In this document: positions 63,424-64,000 of the stretch, piece by piece
Layout: every line of letters starts with the position of its first letter
Position numbering within the stretch: position 1 is the stretch's first letter
Origin: Nymphaea colorata
Lineage: Eukaryota
NCBI RefSeq assembly: GCF_008831285.2
Contig: NC_045138.2
Span: forward strand, 11,408,001-11,472,000
DNA length: 64,000 nucleotides
Reading direction: 5' to 3'
Notes under the pieces: generated by a model
Told to the model about the DNA's origin: nothing
The model's input: the letters and a program-made list of their open reading frames with translations, nothing else
The model's database searches: none
Made by a program: the position numbers and the translations under genes

Positions 63424-64000
63424 ATGGCAGCTTCTTCCTCGTCAACCGTCAACACAAATCAAACTGAAATCGGGGCTTTTAGAACTGAGAATGTTCCCAT
63501 GCAGGTCATCACTCTTCGCCTTACAAAGGAGAACTATTTCTCGTGGTCGCCTGCTATGACTATGGGGATTGCTGGCCGTGGTCAGATGGCCTATATCGAT
63601 GGGAGCAACCCCGAACCAGCAAGAACAAGTGATGTGTGGCATACTTGGTTTCTTGAGGATAATCAAGTGAAAACTTGGATTGTCAATTCCGTTTCCGCCG
63701 ATATTCAGCCCCTTATCCTTCGGAAGAAGACTGCTAGAGACATGTGGGTGGTCCTAGAGCAAATGTATGGCCAAAAGAAAACGGCAATTCGTACTTACCA
63801 AGTAATGTCTATGGCATTCGACAAGGGAACTCTTCTGTTGCAGAGTACTATGGGGCTTTGAAAGCCAAGTGGGAAGAGCTTGACTATCATTCTGATATTC
63901 CTTGGCATTGTCCCAATGATCAGGTACTTTATGTTGCTCATGAATGGGAAAACAGGGTGTTCCTCTTTTTAGCAGGTTTAAATGATGAATTTGAAGGTGT
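63424..64000 (+). pseudogene. Copia gag, frameshifted near 63808
   Basis: LTKENYFSWS..GRGQMAYIDGS..W..EDNQVKTWIVNSV..TARDMW..LEQMY, continuing in another frame as IRQGNSSVAEYYGALKAKWEELD..RVFLFLAGLNDEFE. Confidence 0.9.

Larger units (their letters stand above)
62500..64000 (+). mobile_element. Ty1/copia retrotransposon, 5' part (short LTR, Ale-like)
   Basis: LTR TGTTGA...TCTACA (62500-62747, 248 bp), PBS, GC-rich leader and copia-type gag. Continues beyond the window. Confidence 0.92.

Overview
Plant (angiosperm) nuclear DNA dominated by nested transposable elements, with one intact gene: an intronless UGT92-like UDP-glycosyltransferase (minus strand, 27464-28987). From left to right: (1) a degraded Ty3/gypsy Tat/Ogre-type retrotransposon (PR-G-patch, RT, RH, aRH, INT, 3' tandem repeats, PPT, long 3' LTR) whose protease-RT spacer holds an intronless F-box/LRR/FBD-like pseudo-ORF; (2) a full-length hAT with 19-bp TIRs and an 8-bp TSD inside that LTR; (3) two further decayed hATs and a Harbinger/Tourist element; (4) the UGT gene and an upstream region rich in MITEs; (5) a 1.5-kb inverted-repeat locus; (6) a 6-kb array of a ~107-bp AT-rich repeat; (7) a 5'-truncated chromovirus with its 3' LTR; (8) further LTR remnants, a foldback MITE and a PPR fragment; (9) the 5' end of a Copia element. 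The best candidate for something undescribed is the F-box gene carried inside the Tat/Ogre element. All calls come from manual reading and translation with no database searches, so family names are motif-based and the boundaries of decayed elements are approximate.
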